Part shown: piece after piece, positions 45,401 to 54,282 of the stretch | How positions within the stretch are numbered: position 1 is the stretch's first letter | Layout of the letters: each line of letters opens with the position of its first letter | Source: Neophaeotheca triangularis | Taxonomy: Eukaryota | NCBI GenBank assembly: GCA_054600435.1 | Contig: BAAIJX010000073.1 | Span: forward strand, 1 to 64,000 | Reading direction: 5' to 3' | DNA length: 64,000 nt | Translations under genes and position numbers: made by a program | Notes under the pieces: generated by a model | Seen by the model: only the letters and a program-made list of their open reading frames with translations | What the model was told of the DNA's origin: nothing | The model's database searches: none

Positions 45401-46808
45401 TGGCCTGGATGCAAACGCCATCCGCTTTCTCTTCACATGGCGATTCCAGACCCAGCAACAGGAAGACTCCGACGACACACTAAAAGCTCAAACACCCCCC
45501 ACTCCAGTCCAAATGCCCTGGCGCAGCATCCTGCATGCCCACCACAGCAAAACCCAACAACCTCTCCTAACCCTCCTTCTGGACCATCATTCACAAAGAC
45601 TAACCTGGCCCCTAGCGCGCTCCCTCGGCCTCCCCTTCTGGCTCAAAACCTACAGCTCCCTAACCAGCATCTTCGAAAGTCTCGCGCAATCCGCTTACCG
45701 CACCCAGAACCCTCCCGATCCCGTCGACGCGAGTCTGCACTTCCTCGCTCTCAACAAGAAACCCACTTTGCTCTCGCTCTGGCGTATAGCCACTTGGCAC
45801 CGGGAGCAGAGGAGCACGATGAATTTCCTGAAGAAGGATTTCGAACACGTCCCGGAGGCTAGGACTGCGGCGAGGAAGAACGCGTACGCGTTGATGGGGC
45901 GGAGGCGGTTCGAGTATGCGGCGGCTTTTTTCCTTTTGGCGGGGGATGTCGATGCCGCCGTGGGGGTTTTGGCTGGGCAGTGTGGGGATTTGGCGCTGGC
46001 GGTTGGGGTCGCGAGGTTAGGGGTTGGGGATTTGGAGGAAGGGAAGGGGAGGGAAGAGGGGAAGAGGGCGTTGGAGAGGTTGGTGAGGGAGAGGCTATTA
46101 CCCAAGGCAACGGGGCTTGGGGACAGGTGGTTTGCGGCGTGGTGTTGGGGGGTTCTTGGGAAGGAGCGGGAGGCTGCTCGGGCGCTTGTAGTGGGGCATG
46201 GGGAGGTGGAGGATCGTGGGGCGGGTGGTGTTGTGGTTGGGGATTGGCGGAGGGACGATCCGTTGGCTTTGGTGTTGTATCGGGAGCTCGGCGTTGTTTT
46301 GCCGGAGCATGAGTATGAGGCGGTGCTTCGCGGTGAGAAGGTTCTAAGGAGGATGGGTTTGGATCTCATTGCATTGGATTTGGTGGGGAGGTGGGAATTC
46401 AAGGCTGCAACGGCTGTTCAGACTGAAGTAGTCGAGGGACTGTCGGAAGCTGATGCTGATGCGGACACCGTTGTTGAAGCGCCAGCTACGTCGAATGGAA
46501 CCACGGCGCCGACTGACGGAGAGCCCAAATCCATGCTCGACGACTTCGCCGCGGCGTCCGCTCCACCACCTGCTGAGCCCCCGTCGATGCTCGATTCTTT
46601 CAACAACCAGCCTGCGCCCGCAGTCGCAGAGAGTGACGAGAAAGCCGAACGAGAAGCCAAAGCCGCGGCTCTGATGGCCAAGATGAAGGCTAAAAAAGAC
46701 GGACAGAATGCCACGAGTGGCGACGACGCCAGGGAGAAGAGGAAACCGCCGCCCACGCAGTTCAAGGAGCCGGATGCTAATAGTTTGCTTGATAGTTTTG
46801 GGTTTTAA
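42498..46808 (+). CDS. RAV1: RAVE complex subunit Rav1 (WD40 repeats plus Rav1p_C), 1436 aa
   Basis: WD-like repeats (DRLVKIWRR, YLSHP..VT.LEWR, DGVLRIW), PVWHP, DPVDASLHFLAL.KK..L.SLWRIATWHREQ, AARKNAYALMGRRRFEYAAAFFLLA and C-terminal EPDANSLLDSFGF. Confidence 0.92.
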   Translation: MPSTSPGLASPDMFQQALPGAVEVSLQGVAAFVFRERRWIAYVSGGRVVVGDLTGGGGVGGGSWRQDVEVAGRGRGARGEGPEGNAGEAAGIDARGLLSAIAVESAGDQGRICVVEKGRGVWVLLPVVEGWTRVRWEKAVLLRSEGDNQGSCALSWGNGGEVLVAGSEALELFSTLPASRHSSPTSSLKEQLRAQEVEERAPLWRKSVASPVQFARFSPSASLIATSGKHDRLVKIWRRLSYEEGLFDYAYLSHPANVTHLEWRPLDEHAEERRGSGVSGRHDDDPEVLFTIASDGVLRIWRTGGMHDHDIMLLHTTVDLVAAIPHSPTLTTSFTHNSNKDLKARAPKPPRYAFVLPAADFSKAVTSAIGLQPPSALSHSLEHLKETSSRFPDVVVTLDNQGRMSAWGLQSIGHKRRPETPGSRDAFHIAHCEDLEMRFPLSQNARFEAWFEGGSLCVLAHGFEGFVGWWKGGIEKFFSPSAPGPERLRCVASWSGMGGGVVGLRSLGERGLVLSWTAGGEVAVWSPEPLGGALIRQCTFKVGAVPQDAIFLHAHDAVLVLTADELCLWNLRGRKLAGFKRDGGLASPARLLPPANYGQADQCYGAVLAASSTSSEYLLDLSADKANTQLAPGKEFTLPRIEDHGEVLFLGLVTSTSSKQYYVLVFEDGFLARVEDRRIHINEKSPNGPEITARGFAKAKFPTDVAGAKVFAANAHFAALVSEDRKQLSIVELGEGYVEYRLSTSEQIQHLSFFTSQNGHSLVAVGYRQHVDVLAQSRYEPDVGQASWLRVTTVSIQELGASIGALSWTADGKVIVAAGNGMLVANDVIERKGLAEEVTQAGDIPEQERFKVHDLMGRLAGPVPVWHPRLLSYLVLHHGETGSAGCVLRHLLAKLKFWSEGDELPPLLDMEIEEILTARGQNGLIDSSVVSGLSEQLSEKKLPGVSEAEQARLRTVIKTITYVSEHSNGLDANAIRFLFTWRFQTQQQEDSDDTLKAQTPPTPVQMPWRSILHAHHSKTQQPLLTLLLDHHSQRLTWPLARSLGLPFWLKTYSSLTSIFESLAQSAYRTQNPPDPVDASLHFLALNKKPTLLSLWRIATWHREQRSTMNFLKKDFEHVPEARTAARKNAYALMGRRRFEYAAAFFLLAGDVDAAVGVLAGQCGDLALAVGVARLGVGDLEEGKGREEGKRALERLVRERLLPKATGLGDRWFAAWCWGVLGKEREAARALVVGHGEVEDRGAGGVVVGDWRRDDPLALVLYRELGVVLPEHEYEAVLRGEKVLRRMGLDLIALDLVGRWEFKAATAVQTEVVEGLSEADADADTVVEAPATSNGTTAPTDGEPKSMLDDFAAASAPPPAEPPSMLDSFNNQPAPAVAESDEKAEREAKAAALMAKMKAKKDGQNATSGDDAREKRKPPPTQFKEPDANSLLDSFGF

Positions 46809-47135
46809 GATTGGCATTACGCCGTATTCTCGGAAGAGCGCGGTGGTCAAGTGTGTTGTTACATAGTCCACTTTTTGCATGAGCGAGGCGTTTGGACGGT
46901 TGGGAATGCGCTTTGTTGTAGAATTTAGACTGACGGGGGGGCTATTTACAGACAACAGGCATATCTACCTATTAGTAGTTAGTGGTCAGGTACAGATAGT
47001 TGAGGTGGTCCTTGGAGGTGACGAGACTCGTAGCTAGTCGACTTGGCACGAAGTGTTCTTTGCGTGGGCTCCCTATCTCGACTCGGGCCTCGAACGAAAG
47101 CGCCTCAGCAGTCAAAATCCGACGCGACTCATCAA

Positions 47136-47196
47136 TCAATCAGTTCAAGACGTTGCGGGTAACTTATCTCAATCAGTTCAAAGACGTTGCGGGTAA
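47136..47196. repeat. Near-perfect 27-28-bp direct repeat in the pectin lyase upstream region
   Basis: TCAATCAGTTCAA(A)GACGTTGCGGGTAA at 47136 and 47169. Confidence 0.85.
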
Positions 47197-47546
47197 TTTG
47201 AACGACAGCGGCATTAATATTGAAGCCGGACATTGGCACTGCCGACGAAGCTAACGGGCAAAGCAATCAATTCACGACGCCTAGACGGCTTATAATGTCG
47301 CTTGGACGCGCACAAGCGAGCCTTTCGAAACAAGCGACTCCCTTGACTACACTTCGCCTACCATCGCCACGGTGCTTGTCAGGAGAATCCATGTCGACAA
47401 GACAAGTATAAGGTCTCGTCAATGCCCTCGTACAAACGGTAGGTTTCCTCAGAGGATTTAGTAGAACATCAACTTCCCCTTATCTTTTTTTTCCCCCCCA
47501 CCCATTTGTCTATTAACCCACCCACACTCGTTTGTTTATTCTAACC

Positions 47547-49204
47547 ATGTACAACCTCGCTTTCCTCACCGCAGCGCTGGCCGCTGTTGCCGCTCCCTCC
47601 CTCGCCCAGACCGTTCAGGGTACGCCTGAAGGTTTCGCCGCCGGCGTCACTGGCGGTGGCAATGGTCAGGTCGTCACCCCTTCCAACATCGAAGAGCTGG
47701 TCTCTTACCTTGGTTCCTCCGACCCCTTGACCGTCGTTATCGATGGTGAGATGAACTTTATCGGCTCCGAAGGCTCGACGACCGAGACCGGTTGCGCGCC
47801 TTGGGGTACCGATCCTAGGTTCGTTGCCGTCGTGTTCGCACTACCAACACAGAGACCTGTATTTCTGACTTATTCACAGCTGCCAAACCGCCATCAACGC
47901 CAACGACTGGTGCGGCAACTACGAGTCCGGCGCCGGCATGGTCGAAGTCACCTACGACGTTGCCGGCACTTCTCCCATCGAGGTCGCCTCCGACAAGACC
48001 ATCCTCGGTGTCAACGGCGCCGTCATCCGTGGCAAGGGTATCAGGTTCCGCGAGGGCGTCCGCAACGTCATCGTCCAGAACATCGAAATCACCGAGCTGA
48101 ACCCGCAGTACGTTTGGGGCGGTGATGCTATTGCTTTCGATGGCTGCTCTGATATCTGGATCGATCATGTCAAGGTTTCTTTGATTGGTCGTATGGTGAG
48201 TCTGAACGACAAACATCCCACGACACAAGTGTATTCTTACTGACGGGGTATGGTGTTAGTTCGTTGTCGCCCACTACAACGCAAACACCGGCATCACCAT
48301 CAGCAACAGCGAATTCGACGGCAACACCGACTGGTCCGCCTCGTGCGACGGCTACCACTACTGGACCTTCTTCTTGACCGGCGACGGCGACCAAATCACC
48401 ATGAAGAACAACTACGTCCACCACACCTCTGGTCGCTCTCCCAAAGTCGACGAAGGCTCTTTCGTGCACGTCGTCAACAACTACTGGTACGAGAACAGCG
48501 GACACTGCTTCGAGGGCGCCGGCGGTGCCATCCTCGTCGAGGGCAACACTTTCGAAAACGTCGTCGCCATGGAAGCCGACCTGACATCCGCTGTTTTCGC
48601 TTCTGGCCAGGACTCCGACGCCTGCTCCGCCTCCATCGGTCGCCCCTGCATGGGCAACGCTTACGTCAACTCCCCCGACTTCGAGCACAGCGACACCAGC
48701 GTCCTCAGCCGCTTCGGCGGTGGCGAGGTCGCCGATGCCGTTGATGCCTCTTCCGCCACTGGTGCTGCCAACTCCGCCGGCCCCACTCTGTCCGGCAGCG
48801 GCGGCGCCCCTCAGAACCTCGTCGCCGAGGAGCCGCAAGCTGAGACTACCGTCCCCGATGAAGAGGCTCCCGCGACTGAGCAGGACTTTGCCTTCGATGC
48901 CCCCACCGAGGAGACCGCCTCAACTGAGGACGACTTCGCTTTTGAGGCTCCCACCGAGGAGACCGCCCCGACCGAAGACGACTTCGCTTTCGAAGCTCCT
49001 GCCGATGAACCCACCACCGCCGCTCCTTCCGCCCCTCTCAGCACCGGCACCGGCGAGCCCGCTTTCGCCCTCCCCAGCCAGGACAGTCAGGACAGCCCGT
49101 ACCCCGCTACCAACGAGACCGAGCCTGCTGTCCCTGAGGCTCCTCTAACCACTGCCCCGGCTGGTGGAAACTCGGAGTGCGGGGTTGAGTATGTTTACGT
49201 CTGA
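47547..49204 (+). CDS. Secreted pectin lyase (polysaccharide lyase family 1) with acidic repeat tail, 3 exons (47547-47818, 47880-48195, 48260-49204)
   Basis: Signal peptide, EGFAAGVTGGG, GCAPWG, NVIVQNI.ITELNPQYVWGGDA, IWIDHV, SASCDGYHYW, TSGRSPK and HVVNNYW. Confidence 0.93.
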
Positions 49205-50288
49205 AGAAGTCAATAGAGGGGTGGAGGGGTGGAGCTTGCTATGCGAGAGGAAGGGAGACGGTCTGGGTGAAGAAGACGGAATGGTACAGAGAGATATCTA
49301 ATAGAGGCGATGTACTTTAGCAACTTGCAACAATGAAGGCTGTGGTAAATCGTCACACTACCCACATAGCGTGTCGATTGATTGCTTGCTTGGCAACAAA
49401 TAAGAGTGTCACGAATCTTCAACCCTTCTCTTTTAAACTACCTGCCCTTGTTGCCTTCCCAGCCCCATCAACCAAAGCGACTCTCCCGCCCCCTGCTCTT
49501 TCAAACATCACTTACTCCAGCGCAACGCAGCTTTCCATGCCTTTGTGGCTTCTACCACATCCTCTCAGTCTACCCACCTACCTAATCAAGACCTGCCATC
49601 TACCTAGATCCTCAGTCCAAGTCTGTGTCTTTATGGTCTAACATGGGCGAAAAAAAAGGACACCAGACAACCGAGTCCTCCTTAGTTAGTCGACTGCTTT
49701 GGCCTCGGTGACGAGCAGTCTTACGTGTATTCAATGGCGAGAAGTCCCTGACCTCATTGTTTAGGGATAGCATTACAACCGTCACGACATCGTCATGAAA
49801 AGATCTGACAAAAGCCGCATACGAGTTCCCTCACAGCTGGGAAACATCATCACCTAGATAAATCCTCACGGGGGAAAGATTAGAGTTGTCAACAAATTTC
49901 CATCTCAAACTACACAGACTACACTAACCCCAACTCCAGATAACCTTTTTATCAAATTACAGACGCTTATTTTCCGCACGAGCGAGTTCGAGGTAGAAAG
50001 TTCGTGTCCCATAGACTGAGATTGTGCTGCCGTCAATTTGTACACTACTGTTACATTTCCTCCGTCCGGATTTTCCAGATGTCACGTCCATCAAGGGAGG
50101 ATCCATGCTTTCCGCGCGGATGATGTGAAGGTCGTGTTTTCATCGCAAGTGAGTGAGAAAGTGCGCTGCGTTGCGTTAACGCATCTCACACTGCCCTCCC
50201 TCCAGGTTCTTTCTGCCGGAGCGCTGTGCTTCATCGCGCTCTTTTCAAATCCGTGCGTCGTGGTATCGCAAAAAAAGAAAAGCAGCAC

Positions 50289-53200
50289 TCAGTACCTCCT
50301 CCCGCCGCCGCCGTAGCCGCCACCGCCACCTCCACCGCCACGTCCTCCGCGCCCACCTCCATACCCGTATCCACCACCGCCTCCACCCCCGCCGCGACCT
50401 CTGTGAGGATGATCGTCCCTTGGCGGTGGGCGCATACCGCGCGAGTCTCCACGGTCATTGTAGCCAGTAGGTCTGCCACCGCGATCGAAGCCGTCACCTC
50501 TACCACCGTGGTTACCTCTGAATCCTCCGCGATTGACACCAACGCCGTAGCCGCCGCCGTAGCCGCCATAAGGACCACTACCCGAATTGTCATGGTAGCG
50601 GGGATTGGGTACTTGCCCGAGAGGTAGAGTGTTAATGGCTGGAGGGGGCGGTAGGCCGTTCTGGCGCGCCCACTCCTGTATGGCGGCTGGAGGCGCCATG
50701 CCCTGAAGGGAGGTGGCGGCTTGATGGCCGTTCTGGACGATGGGGTTGGAGTGGACGTGGTTGGGGTTGTGGTGAGTTTGTGAATGCCCACCGTAGCCGT
50801 TGTTGCCTTGGTAGCCGCCACGGTTGCTTTGGTGGTTGCCGTAGTTGATCCGTGGGCCGTCGCTCATGCCACCGTTATTGGAGAGTTGGACACCGCCGAA
50901 AGAACGGCCGGCTTTGGCTGCCATGCTGCGAGTCTTTTGCACGTCGTCGTAGTCGAGGACAGGGTCGGGGAACTTGATACCCGGCAGAAGCATGCTCTTG
51001 TGCAGGCCAGGGATTGGGGGCATGCTGTAGTGGACATTGACGGCCTCGTTGGAGTCAAGACTGGTAAATTCGTCTTGCGTGGTGGGCAGCGGGAACTCAA
51101 GGGAAGAGTTTGGGACGAACTCGGCGTTCTTGCTGATCTTACCAGCCAGACCCTCAGAGTGCACCGGATTGATTTTGAAATTAGGAGTGTCGGCCTTTTT
51201 GCTGTAGAATTTGTTGGCCACGTCGTTGTAGAGAGCATGCTTGGTGGAGAAGATGAGAGCATCGTCACCAAAACCGTTGCGACGAGCCTCGTCGGCGGTG
51301 AGAAGAGGATATTTCTCATGCATGGCGGCCAGCAAGCGCTTCTCGTCAATAAAGGGAAGCAAAGCCACACCCTGCCATGTCTGCTTTTTACCATTCAGGT
51401 CGATGGCGAAGTCTTCTGGGTAGAATTCGATAATAGGGCTTTCCTGCTCGGTCATGAGGGGGTGGAAAATCGCCGGAAGAGTGTGGTTACTGCGAGCCGG
51501 CATGACACCCATGAGCTGTTCGTACGGCCGGAACGGCTCACCCTTTTCAAACTCAACCACCTGCTTGTCCATATCCACAAAGTCTGCAGCGAAAGGAGCG
51601 TAGTGGTAAGGGTAGTACCAAGTCCAGCTGGGGCAGCCTTGCATGTAGTAGAGAAGCACCCAACAGAGACCCTCGACGTAGTGACGTGCGACTTTGTGGC
51701 GGAATTCGACGTCGTCAGGAGCAACGCCGAACTTTTGTTCGTAGTAGCGACCTTCGTAGCCATCCTCCCATAGCTGGACAGTGTCCTCCTCCAAGAGACC
51801 GCCGGCAGGCTTCTGTGGGGTTTGCTGTGGGGTGCCCAGTGCACCTGACCTACCATTGGAAATATCCTGCTCAAACTCGTCGGCCTTGCGCTTGCCCAAC
51901 GCTAACGATGAGTCTTTGATGTCAGTCTCTGGACGTCGAAGAACAGCTTCATCTTTAGCCTCGCGCTCTGCTTCATCCATCATGGTCTGAACGTCGTTGG
52001 TTCTTCGGGCTGGACGCTTTCTGTTAGCTTTCTTGGCCTGAGACTGAGTGATCCCCCGGGCATCCCTCAGCATACTAAGAGAGACCATGCCAGGGGGAAG
52101 ATTCTTCTCAAAGGTGGACACCTTACATTGAGCCATGGGGTCTGTGGACGCAGGATTCTGGGGCTTATTGTTCAACTGTGCCTTGAGAGCAGCAGCGGCA
52201 GAGCGGTTGTCGACAGTGGCGCCAGAAGGGTTGCTACCCACAACATCGGCATGTGTCATGTCGTTGCGAGCAAATCGAGGATCCTTCTTCGTGCCAGCAT
52301 CACTCGGGTTGAACATTGGCAGCGCATTGGGGTCTGGCGCGAGCTCGTTGCCCTTGCGGATGCCACCACGGGCGCCTCGTTGGATGACAGTCTCGTCGAT
52401 GTTTTGTTGCCCATAAGTTCCATACCGCGGATGCTTGTTCTTGGCTTTTGACTCTTCCCTTCGTCTTTCGTTTGCAGCTCTCTTGTCCTCGACTTGCTTA
52501 CGACGCTTGAAGATGGCGTTCTCTTGACTTGCTAGACCGTTGAGGATGATCTGAGCACGACCGAGGTTGACGTTGCCGTCCTCCGTCACATACCCGCCCA
52601 TGGTGGGGATGTTGTCGCGCCAGATGGCAATGAGGGTATCGATGCCATCTTCGCGAATATCCAGCGAAGGCAGATGAGGTAGAAAGTCGTTGCCGACGAA
52701 GAAACACATGAAAACCCAGTCATCGAGTGCACGTTCCAAGTCAAAGTTGAATGGCTGACCGGGAACATTCATCTCGACAGCCAAGTACTCTCTCAAAATG
52801 GAGACATGAAGCCAAATGAAAGGTTTGAGAGGTTTCTCCACGACTTCCTCACCTGGCTTTTTGGCGGGCACACCTCTGCAGTTAGCAGCCATGTGACCCG
52901 GTTGATTGCATATTCTGCAATGTCCTGGTTTGGTGTCGTTGGCGAAGACGTCCTCACGCAGCACGCGGAAGTGAGGTTCGTGAGTGGCAAGACCCAACAT
53001 GATGAGATCGGCGTCGAGTCCATAGATGACGTGGCGAGTGTTTGGGTCGTGATGGGGCGAAACGCGCTGCGAGCGAACAAAGTTCATGATCTTGTGCTCA
53101 CCCTCACCTGGAACAGTGGCGTCTGAGATGATGATCTTGAGCTTCTCCCAAGCGGGATCGGTGGAGCACTTGTAGCTTACCCAGTAGCGAAGAGAAGCAG

Positions 53201-53741
53201 CCAAAGTGTCCATAAACGGTGTTCCAGGCGTGATAGCGTTGGAGTCCCACGTCTTCGTTGGCGCCTTCTCCCCATCCTCGTCACCTTCGGGTTGTTGGCC
53301 AGAGGCTTTGAGGTTGGCGTAGAATTGAGCATTCTCTTTATCCTTGTCGGCGGCCTCCTGCGCAGAACGGAAACGGCGCGAGCGCTGTTGGTTCATCTTT
53401 GCGCGGGGGGCGACACCGTCGACAGCAATCATCAACAGCTTGCGCGGGCGAACCATGTTCACGACACGTTCGGTGTACTCGAAGACTGCAATCATCATCT
53501 CTTCCTCGTTGGCGGGTGGCGGCCTGTCTTCGGGATGCGAGCACGGATGGACAATGCCGTTCATGTCGAGGTAGAGGTTGTCGAACTCCTCACCATTGGG
53601 GTTCGGACCGCGCGCGTCGATTGGAATCTTTGTTTTGGTGCCATTGCCATTTTCAAACTCCTCCGGCAAGTCCTCGACGACGGGGGAGATGATTTTGGGG
53701 TATTTCTTGCTGAGCCAGCGGAAGAGCGCTGGAACACCCAT
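50289..53741 (-). CDS. RAT1: 5'-3' exoribonuclease 2 (Rat1/Xrn2/Dhp1)
   Basis: MGVPALFRWLS.KYPKI, DNLYLDMNGIVHPC, DGVAPRAKMNQQRSRRF, PGEGEHKI, YGLDADLIML, CCHC knuckle CRICNQPGHMAANC, GNDFLPHLP, W.YPYHYAPF and RGG tail. Confidence 0.97.
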   Translation of the reverse strand: MGVPALFRWLSKKYPKIISPVVEDLPEEFENGNGTKTKIPIDARGPNPNGEEFDNLYLDMNGIVHPCSHPEDRPPPANEEEMMIAVFEYTERVVNMVRPRKLLMIAVDGVAPRAKMNQQRSRRFRSAQEAADKDKENAQFYANLKASGQQPEGDEDGEKAPTKTWDSNAITPGTPFMDTLAASLRYWVSYKCSTDPAWEKLKIIISDATVPGEGEHKIMNFVRSQRVSPHHDPNTRHVIYGLDADLIMLGLATHEPHFRVLREDVFANDTKPGHCRICNQPGHMAANCRGVPAKKPGEEVVEKPLKPFIWLHVSILREYLAVEMNVPGQPFNFDLERALDDWVFMCFFVGNDFLPHLPSLDIREDGIDTLIAIWRDNIPTMGGYVTEDGNVNLGRAQIILNGLASQENAIFKRRKQVEDKRAANERRREESKAKNKHPRYGTYGQQNIDETVIQRGARGGIRKGNELAPDPNALPMFNPSDAGTKKDPRFARNDMTHADVVGSNPSGATVDNRSAAAALKAQLNNKPQNPASTDPMAQCKVSTFEKNLPPGMVSLSMLRDARGITQSQAKKANRKRPARRTNDVQTMMDEAEREAKDEAVLRRPETDIKDSSLALGKRKADEFEQDISNGRSGALGTPQQTPQKPAGGLLEEDTVQLWEDGYEGRYYEQKFGVAPDDVEFRHKVARHYVEGLCWVLLYYMQGCPSWTWYYPYHYAPFAADFVDMDKQVVEFEKGEPFRPYEQLMGVMPARSNHTLPAIFHPLMTEQESPIIEFYPEDFAIDLNGKKQTWQGVALLPFIDEKRLLAAMHEKYPLLTADEARRNGFGDDALIFSTKHALYNDVANKFYSKKADTPNFKINPVHSEGLAGKISKNAEFVPNSSLEFPLPTTQDEFTSLDSNEAVNVHYSMPPIPGLHKSMLLPGIKFPDPVLDYDDVQKTRSMAAKAGRSFGGVQLSNNGGMSDGPRINYGNHQSNRGGYQGNNGYGGHSQTHHNPNHVHSNPIVQNGHQAATSLQGMAPPAAIQEWARQNGLPPPPAINTLPLGQVPNPRYHDNSGSGPYGGYGGGYGVGVNRGGFRGNHGGRGDGFDRGGRPTGYNDRGDSRGMRPPPRDDHPHRGRGGGGGGGGYGYGGGRGGRGGGGGGGGYGGGGRRY

Positions 53742-54282
53742 GGTGAGCGGAGACGCACCGGAGCGGCGCGAGTGTACGTGTAGGGGTAGTGATAGGTGAA
53801 AGGAGTGGTGGTGACGGTGACGGTGAAGAATATGTGTGTGCCGAGCAGAAAGAATTGACAAGCTGCTGGCGGGAGGTGGGTGTAGGAGGGAGAAAGGTGG
53901 TCAGGTTAGGCGGACGCGCGCAAAGAAATGATGGAGCCAGCTGCGATCGGGTGATTGTCGGCTGCGGAGTGAGCTTATCTTATTCAGGATACGTGCATAC
54001 GGGAGGGCGGCCCCGCCGAGCCTCACCTTCCGCGACTGCAGTTGGACTCTGAGATGAAACACGGAGAGTCGGAATCGGAGACGGAAGCTCGAGCTTCAAT
54101 TCGAGTGCAGCTGGCAACATCTCGACTTCTGGGTCAATCGATTGATCACAACATCACCACAAACCAACCTGCCGCCAATACGACACGTGACTGAGCCGAA
54201 TGCATTGATTGACGACATCGCATCATGAGGTAAACAGCAAAGACAACGATCTTGCACAGCGCACCACCGCAAGAAGCCGAGA

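Noticed and set aside
47012..47018. GaaR element (CCNCCAA) upstream of the pectin lyase
   Set aside because: Single core-only match, expected by chance.
50784..51773. 329-aa antisense ORF over RAT1 and similar shadow ORFs over USO1, RAV1 and the pectin lyase
   Set aside because: Explained by codon bias on the coding strand; no independent motifs.
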